Origin: Sandaracinaceae bacterium
Lineage (GTDB): Bacteria; Myxococcota_A; Polyangia; Polyangiales; Sandaracinaceae
Direction of reading: 5' to 3'
NCBI GenBank assembly: GCA_044220955.1
Contig: JBGAQA010000031.1
Coordinates: 1 to 64,000, forward strand
Length of the DNA: 64,000 bases
Shown: positions 21,859 to 31,168 of the stretch, in pieces
Position numbering within the stretch: the stretch's first letter is position 1
How the letters are laid out: each line of letters begins with the position of its first letter
The notes under the pieces: generated by a model
Database searches by the model: none
Seen by the model: only the letters and a program-made list of their open reading frames with translations
What the model was told of the DNA's origin: nothing
Translations under genes and position numbers: made by a program

Positions 21859-22646
21859 GCGAGCCGAGGCGATGGGTGGACGACGACGCGATCGAGCCGG
21901 CGCTGCGCGACGAGCTTCGCGCGGCGCGCGGCGCGCCGCCGCCGCCGATCGACTACGAGGCCGGGCGGGCGGCGCTCCGCGCGGCGATCCGAGCCGGAGG
22001 CGCGGGCGGCGCGCTCGGGGGCGGCGGAACGGTCGCCATCGTCGCCGCGACCCTGGCGATCGTCGGGGCGGCGGCGCTGACGTGGCTCGGGCCCGCAACC
22101 ACCAGAGACCACGACCAGGCCACGGCCCCGCCGTCGGCGCCGGCCGGCGCCGAGACCCCGGGCCGAACGCCGTCCGCACCCGCAGCGCCTCCGACTGCGC
22201 CGATCGCGCCCGCAGGCTCGACCCTGCCAGAGGGCACGGAGCCCGACCCCGGACCGAGCACCGATCCCGCGCGCGCCGCGCGCGCGGCCGAGTCGGTGCC
22301 GACGACGGACGCGCCTGCCGCCGCGCCCGTGCGCCCGGAGCGTGGCGCCGCCCCCGAGCCGGAGAGCGAGCCCTCCACCGCGGACGTGCTCCGGGAGGCG
22401 CGCGCGACGGCGGCCGTGCGGGCGGCCCTCGCCGACGACCCCGCTCGCGCGCTCGCGCTCGTCGACGCGGCGGACGCCGCGTTCGGTCAGGGCTCGTTCG
22501 GCGAGGAGCGCGAGGCGCTCCGGGTGCTCGCGCTCGCCGGGCTCGGCCGCCAGGCGGAGGCCCGTCGCCTCGGTGAGCGCTTCCTCGCCGCCCACGAGCA
22601 CGGGCTCTTCTCCGAGCGCGTGCGTCGGGCGATCGCGCGCGACTGA
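21855..22646 (+). CDS. Putative anti-sigma factor (single TM, Pro/Ala linker, TPR-like C-terminus)
   Basis: GTGA overlap with the sigma gene; TM segment; PARALAL...EEREALRVLALAGLGR..EAR...RFL..H. Confidence 0.7.
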   Translation: MSEPRRWVDDDAIEPALRDELRAARGAPPPPIDYEAGRAALRAAIRAGGAGGALGGGGTVAIVAATLAIVGAAALTWLGPATTRDHDQATAPPSAPAGAETPGRTPSAPAAPPTAPIAPAGSTLPEGTEPDPGPSTDPARAARAAESVPTTDAPAAAPVRPERGAAPEPESEPSTADVLREARATAAVRAALADDPARALALVDAADAAFGQGSFGEEREALRVLALAGLGRQAEARRLGERFLAAHEHGLFSERVRRAIARD

Positions 22647-23563
22647 CGCCCGCCGAGGACGAGTCCCGCGCCGAGCAGGAGAAGCGCGAGCGGGATCGGC
22701 GTGCCCCGGCTCGATGCCGCACGACACGCACAGCCCGCGGGCGCGCGCGCGACCGTCGTGGCCGCGTCGGCGGCGCTGCTGCCGGCGTCATCGGCGGCGA
22801 TCCCTCCGGCGTCGTCGCCCGGCGCGATCGGAACGCCGGCCGCGGCGAGGACGTCCGCGTTGAGGTCGAGCCGCGTGTAGATGCTCGTCGAGGCGGGACA
22901 GCCGCGCGGGCCGATGCTCGTCACGCCGATCACCGCGCCGTCCGCCGCCCGGAGCGCTGGGCCGCCGCTGTCGCCCGTGCACGTCCAGCTCGCGCCCTCG
23001 CTGGTGAAGGTCCCCGTGTCGACCGAGACCACCGCCGCGCTCCCCTCGTTGCGCTCGCCGAGGGTCCCCGTCGCGCCCGCGCCCGTGTAGCCGAAGCCGA
23101 CGATGCGGAGCGGCTCACCGACGCTCGGCGCGCGGAGGGCGAGCGCACGAGGCGTCAGCCCCACCGGCTCGGACGCGAGCGTGAGCAGCGCAAGATCTCC
23201 ACCGATGGCGCCGTCACCATCGTGGTAGGGACCGGCGCTCGTGGTGATCGTGCTCACCGCGATCTCGCCGGTGGACCCCGCCACGCTGTCGCCGAGCGAG
23301 ACCGAGAGATCCGAGGCGGGGATGGCGCTCCACGTCGTGCCGCCGACGTCCTCGTAGACGCAGTGCTTGGCCGTCAGGACGACACGCGCCGCGACGAGCG
23401 TGCCCGTGCAGAGCTGGCGCGAGCCGTCGGGCCGCGTGTGGATGACCGCGAGCACCGACGCGTCGCTCGAAGGCGCGCCGTTCACCAGGGCGCCCTCGCT
23501 CCCCGCAGTCCCGGGGGCCACACACGACACGAGGAGCGCGCTCGCGCAGAGGTACCGCCACAT
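22487..23563 (-). CDS. Trypsin-like S1 serine protease with MYXO-CTERM-like sorting segment
   Basis: CTGTL...VLTAKHC, DLALL, GDSGGP triad; GCACRA + hydrophobic helix + Arg cluster near the C-terminus. Confidence 0.88.
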   Translation of the reverse strand: MWRYLCASALLVSCVAPGTAGSEGALVNGAPSSDASVLAVIHTRPDGSRQLCTGTLVAARVVLTAKHCVYEDVGGTTWSAIPASDLSVSLGDSVAGSTGEIAVSTITTSAGPYHDGDGAIGGDLALLTLASEPVGLTPRALALRAPSVGEPLRIVGFGYTGAGATGTLGERNEGSAAVVSVDTGTFTSEGASWTCTGDSGGPALRAADGAVIGVTSIGPRGCPASTSIYTRLDLNADVLAAAGVPIAPGDDAGGIAADDAGSSAADAATTVARAPAGCACRAASSRGTPIPLALLLLGAGLVLGGRQSRAIARRTRSEKSPCSWAARKRSPRRRASAWRPSPASASTRSASRSSPNEP

Positions 23564-23657
23564 GGGGCGGATCCTACGTCAAAGCGACCATGTGCAGGTT
23601 GTGCCGCTCCGGGGCGGGAATGGGACTTGCTGCCTCGTCGCCCGTACAATGACGGAC

Positions 23658-25394
23658 ATGCTTCGCCCCTGCCGCTGGATGTTGGCCTGCGCCGCGCTCG
23701 CCGGGCTCGCCGCGGGCTGCGGCAGCAAGAGCCAGATCGACCAGGGCGGCCCGCCGATCCTCTCCGACGCGGGGCTCGATGGCGCCCGGCCGAGCGATCT
23801 CACGGTCGACTGCGGGCGGCACGACCGGTACACGGCGCCGCATCGCCCGATCTCCGTCCACGCGAGCTCCGCGAGCCAGGCGGGCATCGCCTCCGAGGGC
23901 TGGAGCGTCGCGCGCCTTCCCCCCGGCGCGATCGTCTCGCTCGAGGCGATGGGGCAGGACGCGACGCTCGATCCGCCGCTGCGCGGCGAGTACGACCTGC
24001 GATTCACCGCGATGGATCTCGCCGGGCACACCGAGAGCTGCACGGTGACCGTGCACGCCGTCGTCGGGCCGCCGGTCGCGATCTGCCCCGAGACGCCGAT
24101 GGTCTTCCACACGCCCGCGCACGTGCCGGTCCGGATCGAGGGCGACGCCTTCGACGACGTCGCGGTCGTGTCCGCGAGCTGGGCCGTGACCCGCTCGCCC
24201 GAGGGATCGATGCCGGTGATCCGGACCGTGGCGGGGCCCATCGTGGACTTCGTGACGGCGACGCCGGGCGACTACGTGCTCACGCTCACGGCCGTCGACG
24301 CCGACGGCGCGACGAGCTCGTGCTCGGTGATGGTGCACGTGGCGACGCCGCCCGAGGTGGTCTGCCCCTCGATGCCCGTGACCGGGCCGACGCGCAGGCC
24401 GCTCACGGTGAGCGCGAGCGCGACCGACGACGGGACCGTGGTGAGCACGACGTGGGAGCTGACGAACCGGCCCGCCGACAGCGCCGCCACCATCAGCCCG
24501 ACGAGCGGCACCTCGACCACGATCACGCCCGACAAGCGCGGCCAGTACGAGCTCACGTTCACGGCGACCGACGACGACGGCGAGACCTCCAGCTGCACCG
24601 TCACCGTGATCGGCCTGCCCTCGCCGCCCGACGCGATCTGCCCGCCCTACGTGGACACCGTGCCGCTCGGGACGGCGACCGTGGTCGCGATGGCGGTGGA
24701 CGACGGAGCGATCGTGCAGACGAGGTGGCGGAGCGTGTCGCGGCCCCCGGGCTCGCGCGCGGGCGATCCGCTGCCGTACGACGCGCTGACGACGGTGGTG
24801 CCGACCGACCTGGCGGGCGAGTACCCGATCGAGCTCTCGGTGGTGGACGACGACGGCAACCTCGCGACGTGCCGCACGGTCGTGCGCGCGGTCGCGACCG
24901 AGGGCCTGCGCGTCGAGGTGTTCTGGGACACCGACGGCACGGACATGGACACGCACGTGATGCGGCCCGGCGGCACGACGTGGGTCGGCGACGACGACTG
25001 CAACTTCCGCAATTGCCAGGGCGGCGCGCTGCTCGAGTGGGGCGCGCCCGGGGACGCCGACAACCCGCACCTCGACATCGACGACACCGACGGCTTCGGG
25101 CCCGAGAACGTGAACATCGACCGGCCCGTGCCCGGGACCTACCGCGTGGCCATCCACGCGTGGCGCGGCGGCGGTCGCACGACCGTGCGGATCTACTGCG
25201 GCGGCTCGACGACGGAGCCGCGGCAGAGCTTCGGCCCGATCATGATCTCGAGCGAGCCGCAGGATCAGCTCTGGCGCGTCGCCGACGTCGCCATCGACGG
25301 CACGAGCTGCACGATCACCTCGCTCTTCGACGCGAGCGGCCGGCCCGACGTGCGCGACGAGCCCGGCATGCACGGCGGCGGCGCGCCGCGCTGA
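23658..25394 (+). CDS. Lipoprotein with four PKD/Ig-like repeats and C-terminal YfaP-like domain
   Basis: Lipobox AAGC; repeats ending G.Y.L..T..D.DG...SC.V.V; W....D.D.H...LDIDDTDGFGPEN motif. Start is 23649 or 23658. Confidence 0.8.
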   Translation: MLRPCRWMLACAALAGLAAGCGSKSQIDQGGPPILSDAGLDGARPSDLTVDCGRHDRYTAPHRPISVHASSASQAGIASEGWSVARLPPGAIVSLEAMGQDATLDPPLRGEYDLRFTAMDLAGHTESCTVTVHAVVGPPVAICPETPMVFHTPAHVPVRIEGDAFDDVAVVSASWAVTRSPEGSMPVIRTVAGPIVDFVTATPGDYVLTLTAVDADGATSSCSVMVHVATPPEVVCPSMPVTGPTRRPLTVSASATDDGTVVSTTWELTNRPADSAATISPTSGTSTTITPDKRGQYELTFTATDDDGETSSCTVTVIGLPSPPDAICPPYVDTVPLGTATVVAMAVDDGAIVQTRWRSVSRPPGSRAGDPLPYDALTTVVPTDLAGEYPIELSVVDDDGNLATCRTVVRAVATEGLRVEVFWDTDGTDMDTHVMRPGGTTWVGDDDCNFRNCQGGALLEWGAPGDADNPHLDIDDTDGFGPENVNIDRPVPGTYRVAIHAWRGGGRTTVRIYCGGSTTEPRQSFGPIMISSEPQDQLWRVADVAIDGTSCTITSLFDASGRPDVRDEPGMHGGGAPR

Positions 25395-25416
25395 AGCAGG
25401 ATCGCGCGGCCGGCGC

Positions 25417-26139
25417 TCAAGACGCGCAGACGCCGACGGGGCCGCCGAGGTCACAGTGCCCCGCGCAGTCGGCATCCGTGCGGCACATGCGCGTACAGAC
25501 CGGCCCGCTGCACGTGAGCCCGGCCTGGCAGTCCGCGGGCGTCGCGCACGCACCACCGTTGGCGACGGTCCCGATCACGGTGCAGGTGACCCAGCTGTCG
25601 ATGCCGATGCGGCAGGCGAAGCCCTCGGGGCAGCTGTCCGGGAACGGGGTGCACCAGAAGTCGTCGCAGACGCCCACCGGGATGGGCGCGGCGATCGGGT
25701 AGAACGCCGAGGTGGAGGGCACCGGGTCCTGGCAGGCGCGGGGATCGCAGGCGACGCGCGCGCACGTCCGCGCCCCGCCGGTGTGCGTCACGCAGATCGC
25801 GCCCGCCTCGCAGTCGCTCGTCGCAGCGCACGGGGCGCCGGGCGCGGCCGTGCCCGCGGGCGCGCACACGGTCGCGACCGAACCCGGCACGCAGCCCTGG
25901 CCAGGCGGGCAGTCGTGACCGTGGAGCGCGCAGCCGCCGCCCCACGCGCACTCGCCTCCGTCGGCGGCCGTGGCTGCGGCGGCGTCGACCGGCGCGGGCG
26001 GCGCATCGACGCGCGCGGCGTCCAGCCCCAGCGCGCCGGCGGCGTCGACGTCGCTCGCGTGCACCGCCGCGCAACCTGCCAGCCCGAAGCTGGGAGCAAG
26101 CCAGAGGAAGGCGCCGATGCCGCGATCACCGGGGCGCAC
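25417..26139 (-). CDS. Cysteine-rich lipoprotein
   Basis: LAGC lipobox, DAA linker, repeated G..C....DC..G..C modules; start uncertain. Confidence 0.6.
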   Translation of the reverse strand: MRPGDRGIGAFLWLAPSFGLAGCAAVHASDVDAAGALGLDAARVDAPPAPVDAAAATAADGGECAWGGGCALHGHDCPPGQGCVPGSVATVCAPAGTAAPGAPCAATSDCEAGAICVTHTGGARTCARVACDPRACQDPVPSTSAFYPIAAPIPVGVCDDFWCTPFPDSCPEGFACRIGIDSWVTCTVIGTVANGGACATPADCQAGLTCSGPVCTRMCRTDADCAGHCDLGGPVGVCAS

Positions 26140-26146
26140 GGCCCGG

Positions 26147-26809
26147 TCAGCTCATGCCGTACGGGTTACCGTACGGATTGCCGCCGGACGTGGGCGCCGT
26201 GTAGCTGCCCTGCTGCTGAGCGAAGGCGTTCGCCACCGCGACCAGCGCGTCGATCTGGGGCCGCAGCGTCGTCGGCGTCGCGATGCCCGGCTGGCGTACG
26301 CCGATCCGGCCGCCCTCGACGTGCAGGCTCGGTAGCTGCTGCACCGCGCGCAGGAGCGCCTGGCGCACTCCGGGCCCGAGCACGCTGCGCGCGAGCTCCT
26401 CGGAGCTGCAGCGGACACGGAAGGAGGGATCGAAGACCGCGTCGCCGATCTGGATGTCCTGACCGCCGAACGCCTTGCCGATGGTGTCGAAGAAGCCCTC
26501 GCGGTCCATCATGAGGTCGCCCGTGTGGACGGGAAGCTGTACCGAGACGTGGTGAGCGTAGTGCCGGCTTCCCTTGTGGCCCCGGTGCATGGTGTGCATG
26601 AGCGACACCGCCGCGCCGCCCCAGGAGCCGTGGAACGAGAACATGGGATACACGCCGGAGAGCTGCATGCCGGTCTCCTGAGCGAACGCGCTCCAGGCGG
26701 CCTGGGCCTGGGCTCGCTGGCGAGCGCCGAAGATCGCCAGCAGCACGAAGAGCGCGAAGAAGCCGCCCATGCAGAGCACGGCGACGATGACTTGCCCCGC
26801 TTGTTCCAT
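26147..26809 (-). CDS. Hypothetical protein with N-terminal TM anchor
   Basis: N-terminal hydrophobic helix, W..FA...G, GGQDIQIGDAVFD..F motif. Confidence 0.7.
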   Translation of the reverse strand: MEQAGQVIVAVLCMGGFFALFVLLAIFGARQRAQAQAAWSAFAQETGMQLSGVYPMFSFHGSWGGAAVSLMHTMHRGHKGSRHYAHHVSVQLPVHTGDLMMDREGFFDTIGKAFGGQDIQIGDAVFDPSFRVRCSSEELARSVLGPGVRQALLRAVQQLPSLHVEGGRIGVRQPGIATPTTLRPQIDALVAVANAFAQQQGSYTAPTSGGNPYGNPYGMS

Positions 26810-26829
26810 CGGGGGCATCGTCTCTCGAA

Positions 26830-28119
26830 ATGCGCCGGTGGGAAAGGATCGGCGGTCTGCGTGCGGCCGTCGTCGGGATCGCAGGCGTGGTGCCGCCCGT
26901 GTGCCTCGGCCTGGCGTCGCGCGCGGCATCCCCGATGACGCACTGCGTGGAGGCCGCGTGCTTCGCCGCGCTCGCGCTCGCGACGCTCGTGCTGCCGCGC
27001 ACCCTCCCCGCGCTCGCGCTGCCGCGCCACGCCGGAGTCGCGCTGGCCTTGCTCGCCACGGCGGCGGGGCTCGGAGCGACGGGGACCCTGGTCGCGGCGG
27101 CGGGCTCGCTCACGTGGGCATGGGCACATCGCGGCGCGCTCGCCGAGGAGCCTGGGCGAGCGGACGAGGGGCGCGTGCTCGCGCTGCTCGCCGGAGCCGC
27201 GGCGCTCGGCGGCGCTCCGTCGGCGCTCTGGGCCGCGCCGGTGGTGATCGACGGGCCGCGCATCCTCGAGGACGTCGCCTTCTCGAGCTGCTCGCGCTGG
27301 CAGCGCATCCTCGTGACGCGCGCGCGCGGCGCGTTCCGGCTCTGGCTCGACGGACAGCTGCAGGTGGAGTCGGAGGACGAGCGCGCGTACCACGAGTCGC
27401 TGGTGCACCCGGCCCTCGCGATGGCCCCGGGCGCCGAGCGCGCGCTGGTGCTCGGCGGCGGAGACGGGCTGGTCGCGCGCGAGCTGCTGCGCGACCCGGC
27501 GATCGCGAAGGTGGTGGTCGTCGATCTCGACGCTGCCGTCACCGCGCTCGCGCGCGCGTTCGGGCCCTTGCGAGCGCTCGGAGGCGCTTCGCTCGACGAT
27601 CCGCGCGTCGAGGTCGTGCACGACGACGCGCTCCGCTGGCTGCCGGCCGCCGCGGCGCGTCAGGAGACCTTCGACGTGGTGATCGCCGACCTGCCGGACC
27701 CGACCAGCGAGGTGCTCGCGCCGCTCTACGCGAAGGAGACGTTCGACGCGATGGTGCGCGTCCTGGGGCCGCGCGGCGTGATCGCGACGCAGGCCGGGGC
27801 GCCGCGGACGAGCCCGGAGGCATACGCGTGTCTGCTCCGCACGTTGCAGGCTGCGGGGCTCTCGGTGCTCGGGCTCGCGCTCGACGAGCCGGTCGCCTTC
27901 GGCGGGACGGCGGTCGCCTTCGGAGCCCGTCACGCGCTCGCCGCCCCGCGCGCGCTGCGCGTCGCGCCCGTGTGGCTCGGACCGGATCGCCTCGCCGCGG
28001 GGTTCGCGAGCGTGGACGCCGAGCCCACCAAGGACGCCCGGATCACGACGCTCGCCGATCCCGCGGTGCTCCACTACCTGCGGGCGTCGCTGCGCGAGCG
28101 ACTCTGGGCCGCGGCGTGA
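26830..28119 (+). CDS. speE: Spermidine synthase-like aminopropyltransferase with N-terminal membrane region
   Basis: LWLDGQLQ..DE..YHESLVHP, LVLGGGDG..REL, VDLD, FDVVIADLPDP. Confidence 0.85.
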   Translation: MRRWERIGGLRAAVVGIAGVVPPVCLGLASRAASPMTHCVEAACFAALALATLVLPRTLPALALPRHAGVALALLATAAGLGATGTLVAAAGSLTWAWAHRGALAEEPGRADEGRVLALLAGAAALGGAPSALWAAPVVIDGPRILEDVAFSSCSRWQRILVTRARGAFRLWLDGQLQVESEDERAYHESLVHPALAMAPGAERALVLGGGDGLVARELLRDPAIAKVVVVDLDAAVTALARAFGPLRALGGASLDDPRVEVVHDDALRWLPAAAARQETFDVVIADLPDPTSEVLAPLYAKETFDAMVRVLGPRGVIATQAGAPRTSPEAYACLLRTLQAAGLSVLGLALDEPVAFGGTAVAFGARHALAAPRALRVAPVWLGPDRLAAGFASVDAEPTKDARITTLADPAVLHYLRASLRERLWAAA

Positions 28120-28472
28120 GCGTCACCGGCCTGCACCTGCTCGCCGAGTACCGCGGCATCGACGCGGCGCTGCTCGACGACGTCCCGCGGCTGGAGTCGG
28201 CCCTCGTCGAGGCCGCGGTCGCGGCCGGCGCCCGCGTGCTCGACCGGCGCTTCCACCGCTTCGAGGGCGGCGGCGTCAGCGGCGTGCTGCTCCTCTCCGA
28301 GTCGCACGTCTCCATCCACACGTGGCCCGCGCTCGGCCGAGCCGCGGTGGACGTCTACACGTGCGGCGAGGCGAGCCCGCAGCGCGCGCACGAGTCATTG
28401 ATGGCGAGCCTGGGAGCGACGAGCGCCGAGGTCGTCCTGCTCCGCCGCGGCGACCGCATCGAGCTCCTCTGA
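28116..28472 (+). CDS. speD: S-adenosylmethionine decarboxylase proenzyme (class 1B)
   Basis: G.HLL, GGVSGVLLLSESHVSIHTWP, DVYTCG; GTGA overlap with speE. Confidence 0.92.
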   Translation: MSVTGLHLLAEYRGIDAALLDDVPRLESALVEAAVAAGARVLDRRFHRFEGGGVSGVLLLSESHVSIHTWPALGRAAVDVYTCGEASPQRAHESLMASLGATSAEVVLLRRGDRIELL

Positions 28473-28487
28473 GGGGGTCACCTGAGG

Positions 28488-28649
28488 GGGGTCACTCCAC
28501 GCGCCGCAACCCTCTAGAATCACTGGGTTCCTGCGGGTAGGTGCGCGTTTTCCATTTCGCCCCGCGTTTCATGGGTCGAAACACGAAACGCGCACCTACC
28601 CGCCAGTCCCCCGTCGTTTCGCGGCGTTGCGAGGGGCTGGAGTGACCCC
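28488..28649. mobile_element. MITE-like palindromic element, 162 bp
   Basis: Nested inverted repeats: GGGGTCACTCCA 28488-28499 / 28638-28649, CGCAAC 28505-28510 / 28626-28631, GCGGGTAGGTGCGCGTTT 28533-28550 / 28586-28603; non-coding; lies between convergent genes. Confidence 0.6.
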
Positions 28650-29707
28650 TACCAGCCGGGGGGCCAGAGCTGGGCGGGCCAGTCGTGCGCGACGGCGAGC
28701 GAGGCGAGGTCCATCGAGACGGCGACGCTGACGTGGATGAGAAAGCCGCTCCAGATGGAGCGCGTCTTCATCGAGAGCGTGCCGAGGAAGATGCCGGCCG
28801 CGATCGCCGCGAGGGTCTCGGGGAAGGGCTTGCCGAAGTGGATCATGCAGTAGGGCACGACCATCGCGAAGATCGCGTAGCTGCCCATCGAGCGCTTCAT
28901 CGCGCGCAGCCAGAAGCCGCGGAAGAAGAACTCGAGGCTGAAGAACTGCGCCGCGTAGAGCAGCTCCCAGCAGCCGAAGTCGAACCAGCTGCGTCCGGCC
29001 TGGTGATAGAAGGGGTAGTACGTCTGAAAGCCCTCGTCGTTGCGCGAGACGAAGACGACGCACACGAACACGACGCAGTAGCCGAGCACGTAGATCCACG
29101 CGTGCTCCCGGAGGCCCTTCGTCTCGAGCCCCTGGTCACGGATGCGCTCGCGGAACCGGAGCTTCACGAGCAGCGCGGGGAGCAGCAGGTAGCCGATCAC
29201 GCGGAACGCGCTCCACCAGACGAACTCCCAGAGCTCGAGGAAGTCGCCGTCGCGGATCGTGCCCGCGAAGCTCGTCGGCGGCCCCGGATGGAAGGGCGGG
29301 TCGAAGTAGTCGATCACCTCCATGAAGGTCGTGGAGTGGCCGAAGTACTCCATGAGCGCGAGGCAGACGGCCCCGAACGCGAGCGCCTGGAACGGGCGGT
29401 AGTCGTAGGCGCCCGCCGGGAGCGCCGCGCGCTCGGCCGCGGCCTCGGCGTCGATCTCGCGCCAGGTGTCGAGGAAGAAGTGCTTCGGGTGCAGCGTGAT
29501 CAGCTTCGGGTGCGTGCGCGGGAACGCCTCGAAGAGCAGGCGGAAGCCGCCCGCGAGCAGCGCCAGCGCCGCCCCGAGCTCGACGAGCGTCTGCGAGGAC
29601 GAGAGCCACCCCACGCTCCCGAAGCCCAGGGCGAGCGCGATGACGAGGTTGGACGCGATCCGGAAGTGCCGGATCTCCCAGCCAGGCTCCGCGTCGACGC
29701 TGGCCAC
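28649..29707 (-). CDS. CPBP (type II CAAX/Abi) family intramembrane glutamic endopeptidase
   Basis: Multi-TM; LEFFFRGF, YCMIHFGKP, G.L...TRSIW.GFLIH. Confidence 0.85.
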   Translation of the reverse strand: MASVDAEPGWEIRHFRIASNLVIALALGFGSVGWLSSSQTLVELGAALALLAGGFRLLFEAFPRTHPKLITLHPKHFFLDTWREIDAEAAAERAALPAGAYDYRPFQALAFGAVCLALMEYFGHSTTFMEVIDYFDPPFHPGPPTSFAGTIRDGDFLELWEFVWWSAFRVIGYLLLPALLVKLRFRERIRDQGLETKGLREHAWIYVLGYCVVFVCVVFVSRNDEGFQTYYPFYHQAGRSWFDFGCWELLYAAQFFSLEFFFRGFWLRAMKRSMGSYAIFAMVVPYCMIHFGKPFPETLAAIAAGIFLGTLSMKTRSIWSGFLIHVSVAVSMDLASLAVAHDWPAQLWPPGW

Positions 29708-29717
29708 GCGCTTCGCT

Positions 29718-31133
29718 TCAGCCGGCGGCCTTCGCCGCCCCCGCGTCGAGGCGCGCGAGCGTGCGCTCCTTGCCGAGCACCTCCATCACCTCGAAGAGGC
29801 CCGGGCTCTGCGTCTTGCCCGTCATCGCGACGCGCGCCGGCTGCGCGACGTTCTTCATCGAGAGGCCCGACTTCTCGAGCCAGAGGGTGACGGCCGCCTC
29901 GATCGTCTTCTGATCGAAGGGCGCCACGTCCGCGACCACGCCGCGCAGCCCGCGCAGGTGCGGCTCGTTCTCCAACACCAGGAACTTCGCCACGGCCTTG
30001 TCGTCCGCTTCGGGCGGCTCGCGGAAGTAGAAGTCGACCATCTCGGCCGCATCGTTCAGCGTGGTCGCGCGGGTCGTCACCGTCGCGATCGCGGCGCCGA
30101 GACGCGCGTCCGTGTCGACCGTCGCGCCTGCCTTCATGCGCGGCTTCACGAGCGGCGCGAGCTCCGCCGAGCTCTTCGCGCGCAGGTGCGAGGCCTGCAC
30201 GAACTGGAACTTCTTGAGGTCGTACTGCGCCGCCGTGCGCCCGCAGTGGTCCCAGCCGAAGTGCTGGATCAGCTCGGCGCGCGTGAAGACCTCCTGATCG
30301 CCGTGCGACCAGCCGAGGCGCGCCAGGTAGTTCAGCACCGCATCCGGCAGGTACCCCATGTCGCGATACTCGCCGACGCTCACCGCCGCGGTCCGCTTGC
30401 TGAGCTTCTTGCCGTCCGGGCCGTTGATCATGGGCAAGTGCGCGAACTTGGGCAGCGCCTCTCCCAGCGCCTCGAAGAGCAGGATCTGGATGGGCGTGTT
30501 CACCACGTGGTCGTCGCCGCGCGCGACGAGCGTGATGCCCATCGTCACGTCGTCGACGACGCAGCCGAAGTTGTAGAGCGGGATCCCGTTGCCGCGCATG
30601 AGCACGACGTCCTGCTGCTGCTCGTTCGGGACGTCGATGCGGCCCTTGACGAGATCGTTCCACCCCGTGAGCCCGCTCGAGGGCGCCTTGAGCCGCACCA
30701 CGAAGGGCCGGTCCGGCTGGTCCGTGCGGTGCCGGCACGTGCCCGGGTACTTGAAGAACTTGCCGGCCTTCTGCGCGGCCTCTCGCCCCGCGTCGAGCTC
30801 CTCCTTGGTGCAGAAGCAGCGGAACGCGTGCCCGCGCACGATCAGCCGCTCGGCGAACTCCCGGTAGAGCGCGGTGCGCTGCGTCTGGAAGTACGGGGCG
30901 TGCGGCTCCTTGCTGCCGGGCCCCTCGTCCCAGTCCAGGCCGAGCCAGCGCATCGAGTCGAAGATGACCTTCACGCTCTCGTCGGTGGAGCGCTCCTGAT
31001 CGGTGTCCTCGATGCGCAGCACGAACGTGCCGCCGGTCTGCCGCGCCCAGAGCCAATTGTAGAGCGCCGTGCGGACGCCGCCGATGTGCAGGTACCCGGT
31101 CGGCGAAGGTGCGAAGCGAACGCGATCAGCCAT
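29718..31133 (-). CDS. gltX: Glutamate--tRNA ligase
   Basis: VRFAPSPTGYLHIGG, LRIEDTD, RGDDH, KLSKR, LGWS, SPGLF. Confidence 0.97.
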   Translation of the reverse strand: MADRVRFAPSPTGYLHIGGVRTALYNWLWARQTGGTFVLRIEDTDQERSTDESVKVIFDSMRWLGLDWDEGPGSKEPHAPYFQTQRTALYREFAERLIVRGHAFRCFCTKEELDAGREAAQKAGKFFKYPGTCRHRTDQPDRPFVVRLKAPSSGLTGWNDLVKGRIDVPNEQQQDVVLMRGNGIPLYNFGCVVDDVTMGITLVARGDDHVVNTPIQILLFEALGEALPKFAHLPMINGPDGKKLSKRTAAVSVGEYRDMGYLPDAVLNYLARLGWSHGDQEVFTRAELIQHFGWDHCGRTAAQYDLKKFQFVQASHLRAKSSAELAPLVKPRMKAGATVDTDARLGAAIATVTTRATTLNDAAEMVDFYFREPPEADDKAVAKFLVLENEPHLRGLRGVVADVAPFDQKTIEAAVTLWLEKSGLSMKNVAQPARVAMTGKTQSPGLFEVMEVLGKERTLARLDAGAAKAAG

Positions 31134-31168
31134 GACGCGCAGCGGTTAGCACGGCGCCGACGGCACGC

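Noticed and set aside
28488..28649. tRNA or simple rho-independent terminator reading of the palindromic intergenic region
   Set aside because: No cloverleaf or T-loop motif and no U-tract after the stems; reported as MITE-like instead.
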